DNA from: Macrostomum lignano
Lineage: Eukaryota
Length of the DNA: 64,000 nucleotides
Reading direction: 5' to 3'
NCBI GenBank assembly: GCA_002269645.1
Contig: NIVC01000089.1
Span: 744,001-808,000, forward strand
Below the pieces are notes generated by a model. That model saw only the letters and a program-made list of their open reading frames with translations, had not been told where the DNA came from and ran no database searches. This document shows positions 25,001 to 36,080 of the stretch, piece after piece (within the stretch, counting starts at the first letter, position 1; each line of letters starts with the position of its first letter). The translations under genes were made by a program, and so were the position numbers.

Positions 25001-27795
25001 GATCCGCAGTTGCTGGGCCACAGCCTCCCAGATCCTCAGTTGCTGGGCCACAGCCTCCCAGATCCTCAGTTGCTAAGTCAGCCTCCCAGATCCCCAGCTG
25101 CTGGGCCAGACTCCCAGATCCTCAGTTTCTGGGCCAGCCTCCCAGCACCTCAGTTGCTGGGCCAGCCTCCCAGCTCCTCAGTTTCTGGGTCACCCTCCCA
25201 GATTCTCAGTTGCTAAGTCAGCCTCCCAGATCCCCAGTTGCTAAGCGAGCCTCCCAGATCCCCAGTTGCTAAGCCAGCCTCCCAGATCCCCAGTTGCTAA
25301 GCCAGCCTCCAGATCCCCAGTTGCTAAGCCAGCCTCCCAGATTCTCAGTTGCTAAGCCAGCCTCTTAGATCCCCAGTTGCTAAGTCAGCTTCTCAGATTC
25401 CCAGTTGCTGGGCCCACCACCACCCTATCAGATCTCCAGTCCTCAGTTTGCAGTTGCTGGCCTTCTAATCTGCACTCGACTTAGTTATAAATCTATTCGA
25501 CAACTGAGTCCCACACCCACTCCGAGTCGGTGGCTCACCTCGCTGCCATCACACCGTCATGTCTCCAGCAGGCGCCTCCGGGCTGGTCAGCAGCCGGCAG
25601 CGCCGCTCCGTGGTCACCTTGGCTTCGCCTCAGCCCGTCACTTCCCCGTCACCGGGCGGCGGCGGCGGCAGCCTGGAATCGGAGGTGACGGAGCTCATCG
25701 ATCGGCACGCCGCCGCGGCCAGCTTCCAGCAACTGGCATCGGTGATGAGCAGCGCTCGGGAGCTCACAGACCGGCTGGAAGCCGCCGGCCAGTTCGCCGA
25801 GATGGTCCGGCTGGCGCGGGGCATCGGGCGCTACGGAGAGATGGCCTACGTGTTCCACAAGCTGCGCTCGGCTGGCCACTTCGAGCCCGAGCTGCTCTGC
25901 GGCCGGGGCGGCGGCGTGGGCGGCCGCGACCACCGGCTGCAGCGGGCGCTGCTGGAGTTCCTTCGTCGGCACTGTCCGGAGGATCGCGACTCGCTGATTG
26001 CCGTCTACCTGTACTACTGCATGGATAGGGAGCTGGGCAACCTGCTGTTCAGGTATGGGGAATTTCTCATCTGAGCTAGGGAATTCCTATCTGAGGTGGG
26101 AGGAATTTCTCATACAATTAAAGGAATTTCTCTTCTATGTTAGAGGGAAGTCTGAATCTAAAGTAGGGAGAATTTCTCATCTGAAGTAGGGGGAATTTCT
26201 CATCTGAAGTAGGGGGAATTTCTCGTCTGAAGTAGGGGGAATTTCTCGTCTGAAGAAGGGGGAATTTCTCGTCTGAAGTAGGGGAATTTCTCATCTGAAG
26301 TAGAAAGAATTTCTCATCTAAAGTAGGGGGAATTTCTCATCTGAAGTAGTGGAAATTTCTCATCTGAAGTAGGGGGAATTTCTCGTCTGAAGTAGGGGGA
26401 ATTTCTCATCTGAAGTAGGGGGAATTTCTCGTCTGAAGTAGGGGGAATTTCTCATCTGAAGTAGGGGGAATTTCTCGTCTGAAGTAGGGGGAATTTCTCA
26501 TCTAAAGTAGGGGGAATTTCTCTCCTAGGGAAATTTTTCGTCAAAATCGGAGGAAAATTTATCTTCTTATGGGAATTCTTATCTACAGAAGTAGGGAATT
26601 CCTCTTCTTGATACTGGAGTAATTCTCGCACCTGGTTTGCACATTAAGGTTGATAGGGGGAATTTCTCATCTAGGTATGTTTTAATAAGAAAAATAAACA
26701 TCTAGTTGGTAATTTAAGTACTTGTACTGTTTTTGAGCCGTTGAGTAGTGCGTTACTTCGTGAACTGTCCCGAGATAAAGTACATATTTGCCCTCCCCCC
26801 AGGGACGCGCAGTACCTGGACGCCGCCCAGGCCTACATCCGGGCCGACTGCCCCCGCCTCGCCTGGCGCAGCTTCCGCCTCGCCCAGCTGGCCGCCCTGC
26901 CCGCCGGACTGCGCGGCGCCGCGGACCCCCGACGCGCCCTGGCCGGCCATCCGAATGTCTACGAGGCCGCCGTTCTGGCGCACGCCGAGGCTGTCCGGCC
27001 GGCCGGCCGCGACTGGGCCGCCGCTGTCTATGGTCACGTGATCGGCGCCACAGCCACTGCCGCTGGCGCCGCTGCCTATCAGGTGAGGCTTTGGATGGGG
27101 GTTGCGTTGAAGCTGGGACACCGCCAGCCTCCCAGATGCTCATTTGCTGGGCCACAGCCTCCCAGATGCTCAGTTGCTGGGCCACAGCCTCCCAGATGCT
27201 CAGTTGCTGGGCCACAGCCTCCCAGATCCTCAGTTGCTGGGTCACAGCCTCCCAGATCCTCAGTTGCTGGGCCACAGCCTCCCAGATGCTCAGTTGCTGG
27301 GCCACAGCCTCCCAGATGCTCAGTTGCTGGGCCACAGCCTCCCAGATCCTCAGTTGCTGGGTCACAGCCTCCCAGATGCTCAGTTGCTGGGCCACAGCCT
27401 CCCAGATGCTCAGTTGCTGGGCCACAGCCTCCCAGATGCTCAGTTGCTGAGTCACAGCCTCCCAGATCCTGAATTGCTGGGCCAGCCTCCCAGATCCTCA
27501 GTTGCTGGGAACCATAATCACAGATCCCAGATCCCCAAGTCCCAGGGCTATTATTCAAAAACGCTTTGACAGATTAAAACCCCGTACCAAATCAGCAGTG
27601 CATTCCCACCGCCCCCTACCCATCCCCACCCTCCAGTCCGGCTTCATGGCGCACGTGCTGCCCACCTGCGACACCTGGACTGGCGGCTGGCGGGATTTCG
27701 AGGACCGGCTGCGGGCGTCCTGCCGCAGCTCGGAGGAGAAGCGGGCGGCCGAGGCCTTCCTGGCGGCCTGCCAGCGGTCGATGCCGGCGGCCTGA
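19078..27795 (+). CDS. SPG11: Spatacsin (SPG11) homolog; first exon/start not identified
   Basis: Phase-compatible exons: 19078-20583, 21597-22173, 22627-23160, 23562-23848, 23925-24948, 25569-26052, 26803-27082, 27637-27795 (~1616 aa). The C-terminal region carries spatacsin motifs [38 protein letters not shown]...MDRELG and [25 protein letters not shown]. Confidence 0.85.
20622..21510. repeat. Minisatellite, 25-bp unit CCTATGCCTCACCTGTTCTCCCAGC; SPG11 intron 1
   Basis: About 35 tandem copies with variants (GTCACTCCAG, GTCAGTCCAGG). Confidence 0.97.
22203..22325 (+). mobile_element. Headless fragment of the SINE-A body (older subfamily), in SPG11 intron 2
   Basis: GCTGTACACCCTGTGTGAGCGTGTGTGTGAG... 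is nearly identical to ~51510-51635. Confidence 0.6.
23186..23425. repeat. Minisatellite, 17-bp unit GACATC(A/T)AGGACACAAA; SPG11 intron 3
   Basis: About 14 copies. Confidence 0.95.
24993..25445. repeat. Minisatellite, 28-30-bp unit (CAGCCTCCCAGATCC(T/C)CAGTTGCT...); SPG11 intron 5
   Basis: Tandem copies related to the 27124-27535 array. Confidence 0.92.
26055..26530. repeat. Minisatellite, 23-bp unit GGGGGAATTTCTCATCTGAAGTA; SPG11 intron 6
   Basis: Tandem copies beginning immediately after the donor at 26053. Confidence 0.95.
27124..27535. repeat. Minisatellite, 30-bp unit GCCTCCCAGATGCTCAGTTGCTGGGCCACA; SPG11 intron 7
   Basis: About 13 copies. Confidence 0.95.
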
Positions 27796-28211
27796 GCAGA
27801 GCAACAATAAACTGTGCCAATCCAGCGCAACTCTGCCGATGTACTTTTTTAAAATCGAGATCAGAACTGATTGCCAACTGATTGCAGTATTTTGCGTCAT
27901 CAGTCTTTCGATTTTCACGATTAATATAGTAAGTATTTCTATAGTTTAGTAACATATTGCAGTGCGGTGTCGAAACAATACATCCAGTTTTGTTAATTTT
28001 AATCGTTCCTATAAATATATATCTTAACTTATTGTCAGTTTTCTCTAGCTGCCTACTTTAAGCAATATGATGCGATTTTCGCAGTAAAATCTTATGAAAA
28101 ATTGTAAAACATTTTAAAAAGTGTTGGTGCTTCAGGTTTATTTTACTGCAGTGCATCTGCAAATTTTCATGTTAATAGAACTTTAAGCTACTATTATAGA
28201 TTAGTTGCTAG

Positions 28212-28632
28212 CCTGCGATGTGAGTCAGCAACCTACAGTATGGAGTCAGCAACCTACATTATAGAGTGAACAACCTACAGTATGTGTCAGAAACCTACAG
28301 CATGGGTCAAAAACCTACAGCATGGGTCAGAAACCTACAGCATGGAGTCAGCAACCTACAGCATGGAGTCAGCAACCTACAGTATGGAGTCAGCAACCTA
28401 CAGCATGGAGTCAGCAACCTACAGCATGGAGTCAGCAACCTACAGTATGGAGTCAGCAACCTACAGCATGGAGTCAGCAACCTACAGCATGGAGTCAGCA
28501 ACCTACAGCATGGAGTCAGCAACCTACAGCATGGAGTCAGCAACCTACAGCATGGAGTCATCAACCTACAGCATGGAGTCAGCAACCTACAGCATGGGTC
28601 AGGAACCTACAGCATGGGTCAGAAACCTACAG
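28212..28632. repeat. Minisatellite, 21-bp unit CAGCATGGAGTCAGCAACCTA
   Basis: About 19 copies; intergenic. Confidence 0.95.
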
Positions 28633-28806
28633 TCATGGTCATGTGTCATGTGTCATGGCTGTGTGTTAACATGGTTATGTGTCATGGCTCCCTGGCATAC
28701 CATGGCTCTTTGACACCCCAGAATTTCATCTTTAACAGACATTAACTGACACAATTGCTCTGGGTATTTTATTCGTCTTATTTTAGCCCATCAACATTCC
28801 TTAAAG

Positions 28807-29057
28807 CAGGGGTCGGCAAACTTGTGTACCTCCGGTGCTAGATAGAGAGCCTAGTGCATGACTGCGGGCCAGATGAGAGGAGAAATGAGACGGAATAGAG
28901 AAGAAAGAAAGAAAATAAGAGAAAGGAGAGGCGGAGAGAAAGGAGAGAAGAGAGGAGAGTAAGAGGAGAGAGAGAGAGAGTGAAGAGCGCTGAGAAGATA
29001 CACAAAGGCCTTCGGGGGCTGCATGGTGGCCCACGGGCCGGAGTTCACCGACCCCTG
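28807..29057. mobile_element. hAT-type MITE (CAGGGGTCGG termini)
   Basis: CAGGGGTCGGCAAACT...AGTTCACCGACCCCTG; the 8-bp flanks CCTTAAAG/CGTTAGAG match 6 of 8; GA-rich interior. A related partial copy starts at 60115. Confidence 0.7.
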
Positions 29058-29205
29058 CGTTAGAGTCTGACACCCACGGTACTGACACAATGACAGCCCT
29101 CATAAACATCCTGACATCTCCCTGACGCCCGGGCCATACGAATCTACGCTCGTATTGTGAATCGAAATTAATAATAAAAATCTATTTAATATCTAGCCAA
29201 CGAGC

Positions 29206-29642
29206 TCAACTGTTTCCGTAGGTGATCTTAAAGACGCTGTTTCTGAAACTGCCACCGCAAATCTGGCTGGCGTTTCCATTGCACGCCAGGCTGCAGTCGG
29301 ACGCGTTCGCCGCCCCCTGCGATCCGTAGGAGTTCCCGCAGGCGCACCACTGCGAGGCCTGCAGCGCCATGTACTCGAAGCTGCTGAGTGAGCAGATCCT
29401 GCCGCAGAGCTCGTGGGCCATGCTGTGGCTTCGGCATAAAAAGGCATTTTCCAGCTGGTCAATGACGACGCTGCCGACCCTGGTGATGCCCATGTACTTC
29501 AAACCGTTGATGTCTCTCACGCCGTCCTTGCCGTCCACATAGCAACCGAGGCCTCGAATTGGAACTGCCGACTCAGAGCTGCGGCTGAACAGACTGAGAA
29601 GACCACAAGGACAAGTTTAACGCTGTTGAGCACTGCTGACAT
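29206..29642 (-). CDS. Small secreted WSC-domain protein (apparent single-base frameshift between signal peptide and WSC domain)
   Basis: The frame ending at 29206 reads GLGCYVDG...CGRIC...YMALQASQWCACGNSY...DCSLACNGNASQICGGSFRNSVF, the WSC cysteine pattern. ATG at 29642 gives the signal-peptide-like MSAVLNSVKLVLVVFSVCSAAAL in a different frame. Confidence 0.75.
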
Positions 29643-29866
29643 TGCTGTGGAGCAATTGCCTCATTATGCCTGCGACTACAGTTTATAAAATCATGCAGTG
29701 AGCATTGGGTCCCATTGCCTACAGCCTTGCCTATAGCCTTAGCCCCGGGAGTGCGGACCGGATCTCGCCCCACCCAGCCTCTCCACCTGTAGCACATCCG
29801 TACTGTTGCCATAGAGCTCAAATAGTACTCATAGCTAGTTATCCCAACAGTTATCTCAGCAAACCC

Positions 29867-30203
29867 GCGTAGCCCAGTGGTCCAGCGCAGGCTCTGGTGT
29901 GCCAGCGGCCCAGGCTCGATTCCAAGTGCAGTCACATTAATTTGGGGCTAAATTGGAATCTCAGCTTGGCTCTGCTCGTGCAACTAACGTCCTTGAAGGC
30001 CAACCCCCCAAGACGCAGTGAAGTGTACATGCCTAACGATAAATAAAGTTAGGGCCGCTGTACACTCCTGTGTGAGTGTGTGCCTGTGCGTATCCGCGTG
30101 CTTGTGTGCCTGCTCAGGGGAGTCGGCGGAATGGCAGTAATGCCTCTCTCCGGTTGTGTGACAATGTCGCTTAAAGTGCGCCAGGATGCACACAGCGCCC
30201 TGT
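29867..30203 (+). mobile_element. tRNA-derived SINE, family A
   Basis: GCGTAGCCCAGTGG...GGCTCGATTCCAAGTGCAGTCACATTAATTTGGGGC; body as in the other copies. Confidence 0.75.
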
Positions 30204-31159
30204 ATCCAATAAAAGCAAAACCATCTCAGCAACCAAGGCTGCTGCTCTCCTTCCAGATATTTCCCATGATTCTACCAAACTGTTTCACAGGCATAATAAA
30301 TGAGACTGAACTCCACAAAAACTAATGAGTTTAAACAGTCACAGCTAAAATTTTATTTAAAAAAAGTTTTCCAGCAGTCATTTTGCTATTTTTATGAATT
30401 TCTGCATGCCTCCAAAGCAAACTACTCATCCATGTAAAGATTGTCAATGTAAATGGGTGTACAGCGGCCTTGATGTGTGCAGGCCCTGGTGACAGAATGC
30501 CTACTCCGGACCCCAAAGAATTCACACCAAAGACTCGCTCCAAGGACGTGGCTGCTGCCGAACTTGAGGTTCCTCGCTGTCGTCGCTCTGATAACTTACT
30601 CGCTTTCAAGCCGTAGGCCTATGTCTACTGTGAATGTTCTGATATACTCGTATTTAGGTTATTGCTATGTAGGTCTGGTATTTCAGCCTTCGGGCAAAAA
30701 AAGCAGCTCTAGTGACGAGGCGACGAGGTGCGCAACCCTAACATGCTCGTAACTGCAAAGATGAAATAAGTAGCAACCCTAAGCCGACAGACAGACAGGG
30801 TGAGAGAGAACGCCCCAGCTGATCCAATCAGCACGCGGGGAGGGGTAGAGAGAACTGACGCGAGAGAGCGCACGAGGGAGGGGGGCTTAGGCGCAGACGA
30901 GGGTAGGGACCAAGGCTGATGTATAACAACTGGATTGTCAAACTTCTACACCACCTAAAAGGGTTGAATATGTCTAAAATGTGACTCGCAAAAGCCCTGC
31001 TTCCAGCTCATTGGCTGCTATTTTTAGCTCACTTGCTATACTGACCTATGCAAAACCATAGGTCACTAGAAAACTAGCTAGGGCCGGTGTCAGACTTTGT
31101 ACTCTCCCACCTCATGCGCTCTCCCCCGGAGAGTACAAAACGATCGTCGAGTGACTTGA

Positions 31160-32032
31160 ATTAGCATCCCATCTTCGGCTGAGCATCTCTTCGGATTTAC
31201 CTGCATCGACTGCATTACTATGCCGAACGTGTCTGCCGCGGGAAACAAGTACATCCTGACAATCACATGCAAATTCACCAAGTTTGCCATTTTTCGAGCT
31301 CTACCAAACATCCAAGCAGTGACGATCGCCTCTGTCTTGCGCGAGGCGTTTAATATTTTTGGTTGGTCACGAGTTCTTCTATCGGATCAAGGTCGAGAAT
31401 TTTGCAACCATGTCATCGACCAACTTTTGCAATCTGGTGCATCGGAGCGTCGAGTCACCAGCTCCTACCACCCTCAAAGCAATGGTCAAACGGAGAGGCT
31501 CAACCAGACATGCCTCCTCATGCTCCGCAAATCCTGTGACGAAACTGCAACTGACTGGGACTCGCATCTGGGACAGATTCAGCTGTCATACAATGCTCGA
31601 AAACATTCGGTCACAGGTGTCTCTCCGTTCAAGGCCGCTTTTGGACACACCGCTGTTCTTCCTTCCGACTTCGCTGATGGAGAGGCAGACAGGCGCTACC
31701 TAGAGCCAACGCTGGATCGTGACTGGCTGCGCATCAAGGACGAAGAGCGCGCGCGAACTAAGCTTCGACTCTATCGCCGAATTCGCCGAGCTCAGCACAT
31801 CATGGTACGCACACACCAGCAGCGACTGGGAGCGGCCAAGTTCAGCGACTTCAAAGTTGGTGACAAGGTACGGCTTCGCAACAAGCGCCGTGATGATCGT
31901 AAAGGTGGAAAAATGTCGCCTCTCTGGAGCCGTAAAATCTTCACCATCACTGCAGCGCTTGGCCGAAACGTGTACAAGTTGGAGGAAATTTCCCGTTGCA
32001 TCAATGGTGTTCATCTAAAATTGGCCACTTAA
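31160..32032 (+). mobile_element. Gypsy-related DDE integrase, most like Ginger/GIN1; no RT, RNase H or LTRs visible
   Basis: The rve core has D (CIDC), D (LLSDQGREF) and E (SNGQTERLNQ), followed by YNARKHSVTGVSPF and a C-terminal FKVGDKVRLRNKRRDDRKGGKMSPLW GPY/F-like module. An in-frame TGA lies at 31157-31159. Confidence 0.8.
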
Positions 32033-33200
32033 ACCGCAAGTGCTGTCAAATTTATGCTGCTCATTTAATCACTTACAATTAACTAGGATTTACTAACCTC
32101 TGAAAATATATCTTTCTTTGACTTTGGTTTAGAAAATTACAGAATTGTTTGAACTTTTTTGTGCCGATACATATTTTAAATACGGCTCTTCGTGGGGGAG
32201 AGTTCATGCGGGAGATTGCAACGCAAAAGATAAAAAAACACTAGGGGGAGACCACACGACCAGGGGAGACTACATGATCGCCACAAAGTCTCTCCCACGG
32301 AGACTACAATTTACTTCCACTCTCCCCCCGGAGAACTCAAACATACTTGAGTTCTCCGGGGGGAGAGTCGAAGTAGGGGAGTGTTGAAAGCATAATACCG
32401 GGATGGCTCGCGAGCCGTGGTGGGTAGAGAGATAAATGTAGGGGTGTGTTTTCAAGGTCGTTAAATATCTTCCTAGTGTACTTCAAACCCTCCAGCCAAT
32501 GAGCGTGAAGGAGGGGATTTGCGGTCTAAATTTAAGCAAGCTTTAGCGCCAGGTCTGATAATCCTGTTTTTAGATATCATCCAGTTTTCGTCACTGCATC
32601 GCAAGAATCGCCTGTTAGGGCCGAGCAAACCTGGCTTTAGCCTTGTAGCCTCGCTGCTAAACTGAAAGTTTGAAATGAAGTCAGAGCACGGCTGGGACAC
32701 TGGGACGAAATCCAGCCCCTTCCAGTTCAGTGTGCAGCTATTCAAAAACAACTCCCAGTTATTGAGCGATTTTTTATAAAACTTTAAACCGCTTATCGAT
32801 CGGAATCGGAACTGCAAACTTTAGACTCAAGCAAATTTCTCACCTTTAGGGGGATTTCCCAGACCAACATCTGGGATCTTAATCCTAGCAGAAATCTGGA
32901 AATATTATAACTACCCCTGCACAATCATTCAAAACAGATTCGTTCGCGAAACACATATGTGTTTCGTGGCACGAGTAGCTCGTATAGGACTGACTGTTGT
33001 ACCTCGGTAGCTCGTCCGTATACCCAGAATCCTGTTGCTGCGGTAGATACTGCACTATACAGACTGGTTAGCTGATACATGTAAGTATTAATGTTTAATT
33101 GCGCTGCTTACATTTTAAATTCGTCTGCCAAGTTAATAGTTCAGCCAACCTAGTTGAGAGTTCCGATCTTTACTGCATGGTAGTTGATGTTTAAGCTTGG

Positions 33201-33232
<32 letters not shown>

Positions 33233-33488
33233 GAGAGTCTGACGTTGCTGCTGACATCCTTTTTTGTGCTGATGTCTATTGGCGAAATACCAACTTGCTT
33301 GCCCTTTTGCCATTACCGTTTTGCCGTTAATAGCAACGAATTGTTGCATTCTGCGAGTAGGTTTCACAGCATGCATAAACTGCCCACACGTGGAATAATG
33401 TTATTTTGAGTCCATTTTAACACTGTAGCCTTTTAATTCAATGTTTCTGTCGCTACTTTTATTATTCCCGCAGATTGAGCTGCTTCCA

Positions 33489-34642
33489 ATGCGTCCAAAA
33501 GTCGTTGCATTTCTGTTGCTGCTTTTGCTAATCTTCGCGGGCCTTGTATACAGGCACCATGGGCTGTCATTGATCCGGCCAGAGGGCGGAGCCAGACTCA
33601 GGCTGACGGGAATTCGCTGCGTCTGCCACGACCGGAAGTGCAAGGCAGCTTTGCACTCGATGATGGACATGAGAACCGACCGAGTGCCACGGATTCGGCA
33701 CATTCTGTGGAAGTCCGACCGAGTGTCCGCCTACTTTGCAAAGCAGCTCAAGTCGTGGACCGACATTCACCCGGGCTGGACCTACGTTCTGTGGCGCGAC
33801 GCCGACCTGGATAGGTTTGTTGCCAAGCACTACACAGGTGCATTGCAGAAGTTCAGGTCGCTAAAGGAGAACATCATGCGAGTGGACATGGCTCGCTACT
33901 TAATTCTCCACCATGTGAGCGTAAATCTCTGGGTGTTTATTAGCGATCATTATGCAATCTGACTCACCCGAGCTCGACCTTTCAGTTCGGAGGAGTTTAC
34001 GCAGACCTGGATTACACGCTGGTGCGCTCGCTGGATCCATTCCTCAAGTACACTGCCGTAGTGCCTATCGAGACTGAGGCTTTCGCTCTGCTCTATTTCG
34101 GCATGAGCACCTGGCCACCAGACCTACTTGGAAACCCGGCGTTCATGTTTTCCGCGCCGCAGCATCCGTTTTTCTTTTTCTGCATCCTTCAGCTGATGGC
34201 GAATCCCGCCACCGATGTGTTCACGTTCGCTGGTCCGCTAGGACTCTCAGCCATGCTGAAGCGGTACGCCACTGACCGACCGGCCGTCTCCGATCTCAGC
34301 GATGTGGTGTTCGTGCCGGTGTCAAGAGCGTTCTCCTCCTACGCAAACAACAGCCTACGAAGCAGCACGAGCGAGTACAAGGGCGGCATCATGGACGCTC
34401 TGAACAGGCAGTGCGATGCAGTTCGAAAGTCGACCGTCTCTCCGCCAGAGTTGAAGTCCTACTGCAAGGATGTGTACAACCTGGATCCCATCACCGACCG
34501 CAGGGAGCTCGCGTTCGCCATTCACGACAGCAACAAGGCGCGGTCGTCCTACGACAAGCGAGGCTCGCCACAGTTTTACAAAGACTCTGTGAGCATTCGG
34601 ACCGTAGTGCCGAATGTTCGGATGGCGAGGGAGATTATCTGA
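33489..34642 (+). CDS. Type II membrane GT32 glycosyltransferase (DXD sugar-binding; SUR1/Och1-like), ~360 aa
   Basis: Exons 33489-33914 and 33986-34642 with a 71-nt GT-AG intron. An N-terminal TM (VVAFLLLLLLIFAGLVY) is followed by VPRIRHILWK...SW...HPGWTYVLWRD...RVDMARYLILHH|FGGVYADLD. Confidence 0.85.
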
Positions 34643-34689
34643 CGCAATTCTAAATCTACTTGTGCGTGGGCCTTTGAGCATTCTGTTCT

Positions 34690-34858
34690 GTTGGTACAAT
34701 TGAGTCTGTACGTACAGCAGATTCTGTAGTTACATCAGATTCTGTAGGTACAGAAGATTCTGTAGGTACAGCAGATTCTGAAGGTACAGCGGATTCTGTG
34801 AGATGCAACAGATTCTGTTGGTACAATTGAGTCTGTACGTACAGCAGATTCTGTAGGA
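34690..34858. repeat. Degenerate ~19-bp repeat (GATTCTGTAGGTACAGCA) just 3' of the GT32 stop
   Basis: Repeated GATTCTGT cores. Confidence 0.7.
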
Positions 34859-36080
34859 GCGGTCTACACTATTCTTCACTGTTGGTTATTTCATTTGCAA
34901 AAAACTACTTTACGATATTTAACTCAAGTAATAGATGTCACATATTGCAATATATGATAGCTGTATGCAATCTGTTAAATTGCTGGAAATGTATGCAATG
35001 GGAGTAATAGAGTAACACTGGCTTTATCCATTGTTATCAGTTAATGCCTACAAATTTAGCGAGAAAATAATGTCAGGAGACATCAATATTGTTAAAACTC
35101 TTGTCACTGGTGCTTGTCACTGGTGACAGCAATCTTGATCGATGATTGAGAGCAGACGTGCACTTTCAGAGCGATCTATGGAGTTCAATCTTCGTGCTAG
35201 GTGTCGCGGCTTCCGATTTGCGCTTTTGCCATCTGAATGTCATCTGGAATCATTTTACTACGTGGTTTTAAACTGCACGTTTCAATAATAATTAATTAAG
35301 TATGTAATTTATAAATAATTTATTTCTGTCCTGGTTTCCTGAAGTTCCTGAAGTTGCATGAAGTTTGAGGTGTTTTTTCGTTGGTTCTTCATTGGCGAAA
35401 TTTTTGTTTGCCTGCCGAGGTATGACTTAAATGGACTAAAATTTTCACCCGTCGAAAGCCCTTTATGACTTTTCATTTACTTTTTATTTAATGAGAGATA
35501 AGTAAAAGAATTACCGAGGCCAACATATTTTTTCCCAGGAATCGGTGTCGTTAGCGCTTTTCCCTCTCAGGGAGTCTACAAATCGCATTTAAATTTCCTG
35601 AAGGGTTCGAACTGTGTCATGATGAAATGTTCTCACTTAGAGTAAAATACAAAAAGCTCTGTATTTTAACCAAACAGCCTAATTATTGATCAAAACGATT
35701 GACCAATTCAGTTTCAAAAAGTTCGAGCTTAAGTTCGGGATCAGGTCGAGTTTTCATTCCGAGTTCAGGCTTTAGGGTTTGATAAAAATGTTTAGGTCAG
35801 GGTTCGTGGTTGGGGTAAGGGGGTACCGGGACGCTGGAATTCGACCGACAAGATTTCAAGCGACTTTATTTTACGCGACTTACAATTGAAGCGGGGTCAA
35901 GGGGGCGCTGAGCCCATTTGCACACCAGCACACAAGACAAAGAAATAATGAAATCCAAAAATTGTCTATGGCCAAAACTCCTTATTTTGCGAATTGAAAA
36001 AATAGTAACTGATACTAAGAATTATTAAGCAGCACTAAGCTTTACTTTTTAAATATACAAGTTGTAGAAACATTAACTAG

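Noticed and set aside
30477-30752. Possible two-exon ORF (MPTPDPKEFTPK...) as the integrase N-terminus
   Set aside because: No zinc-finger motif, and I could not build a phase-consistent splice path to the integrase.
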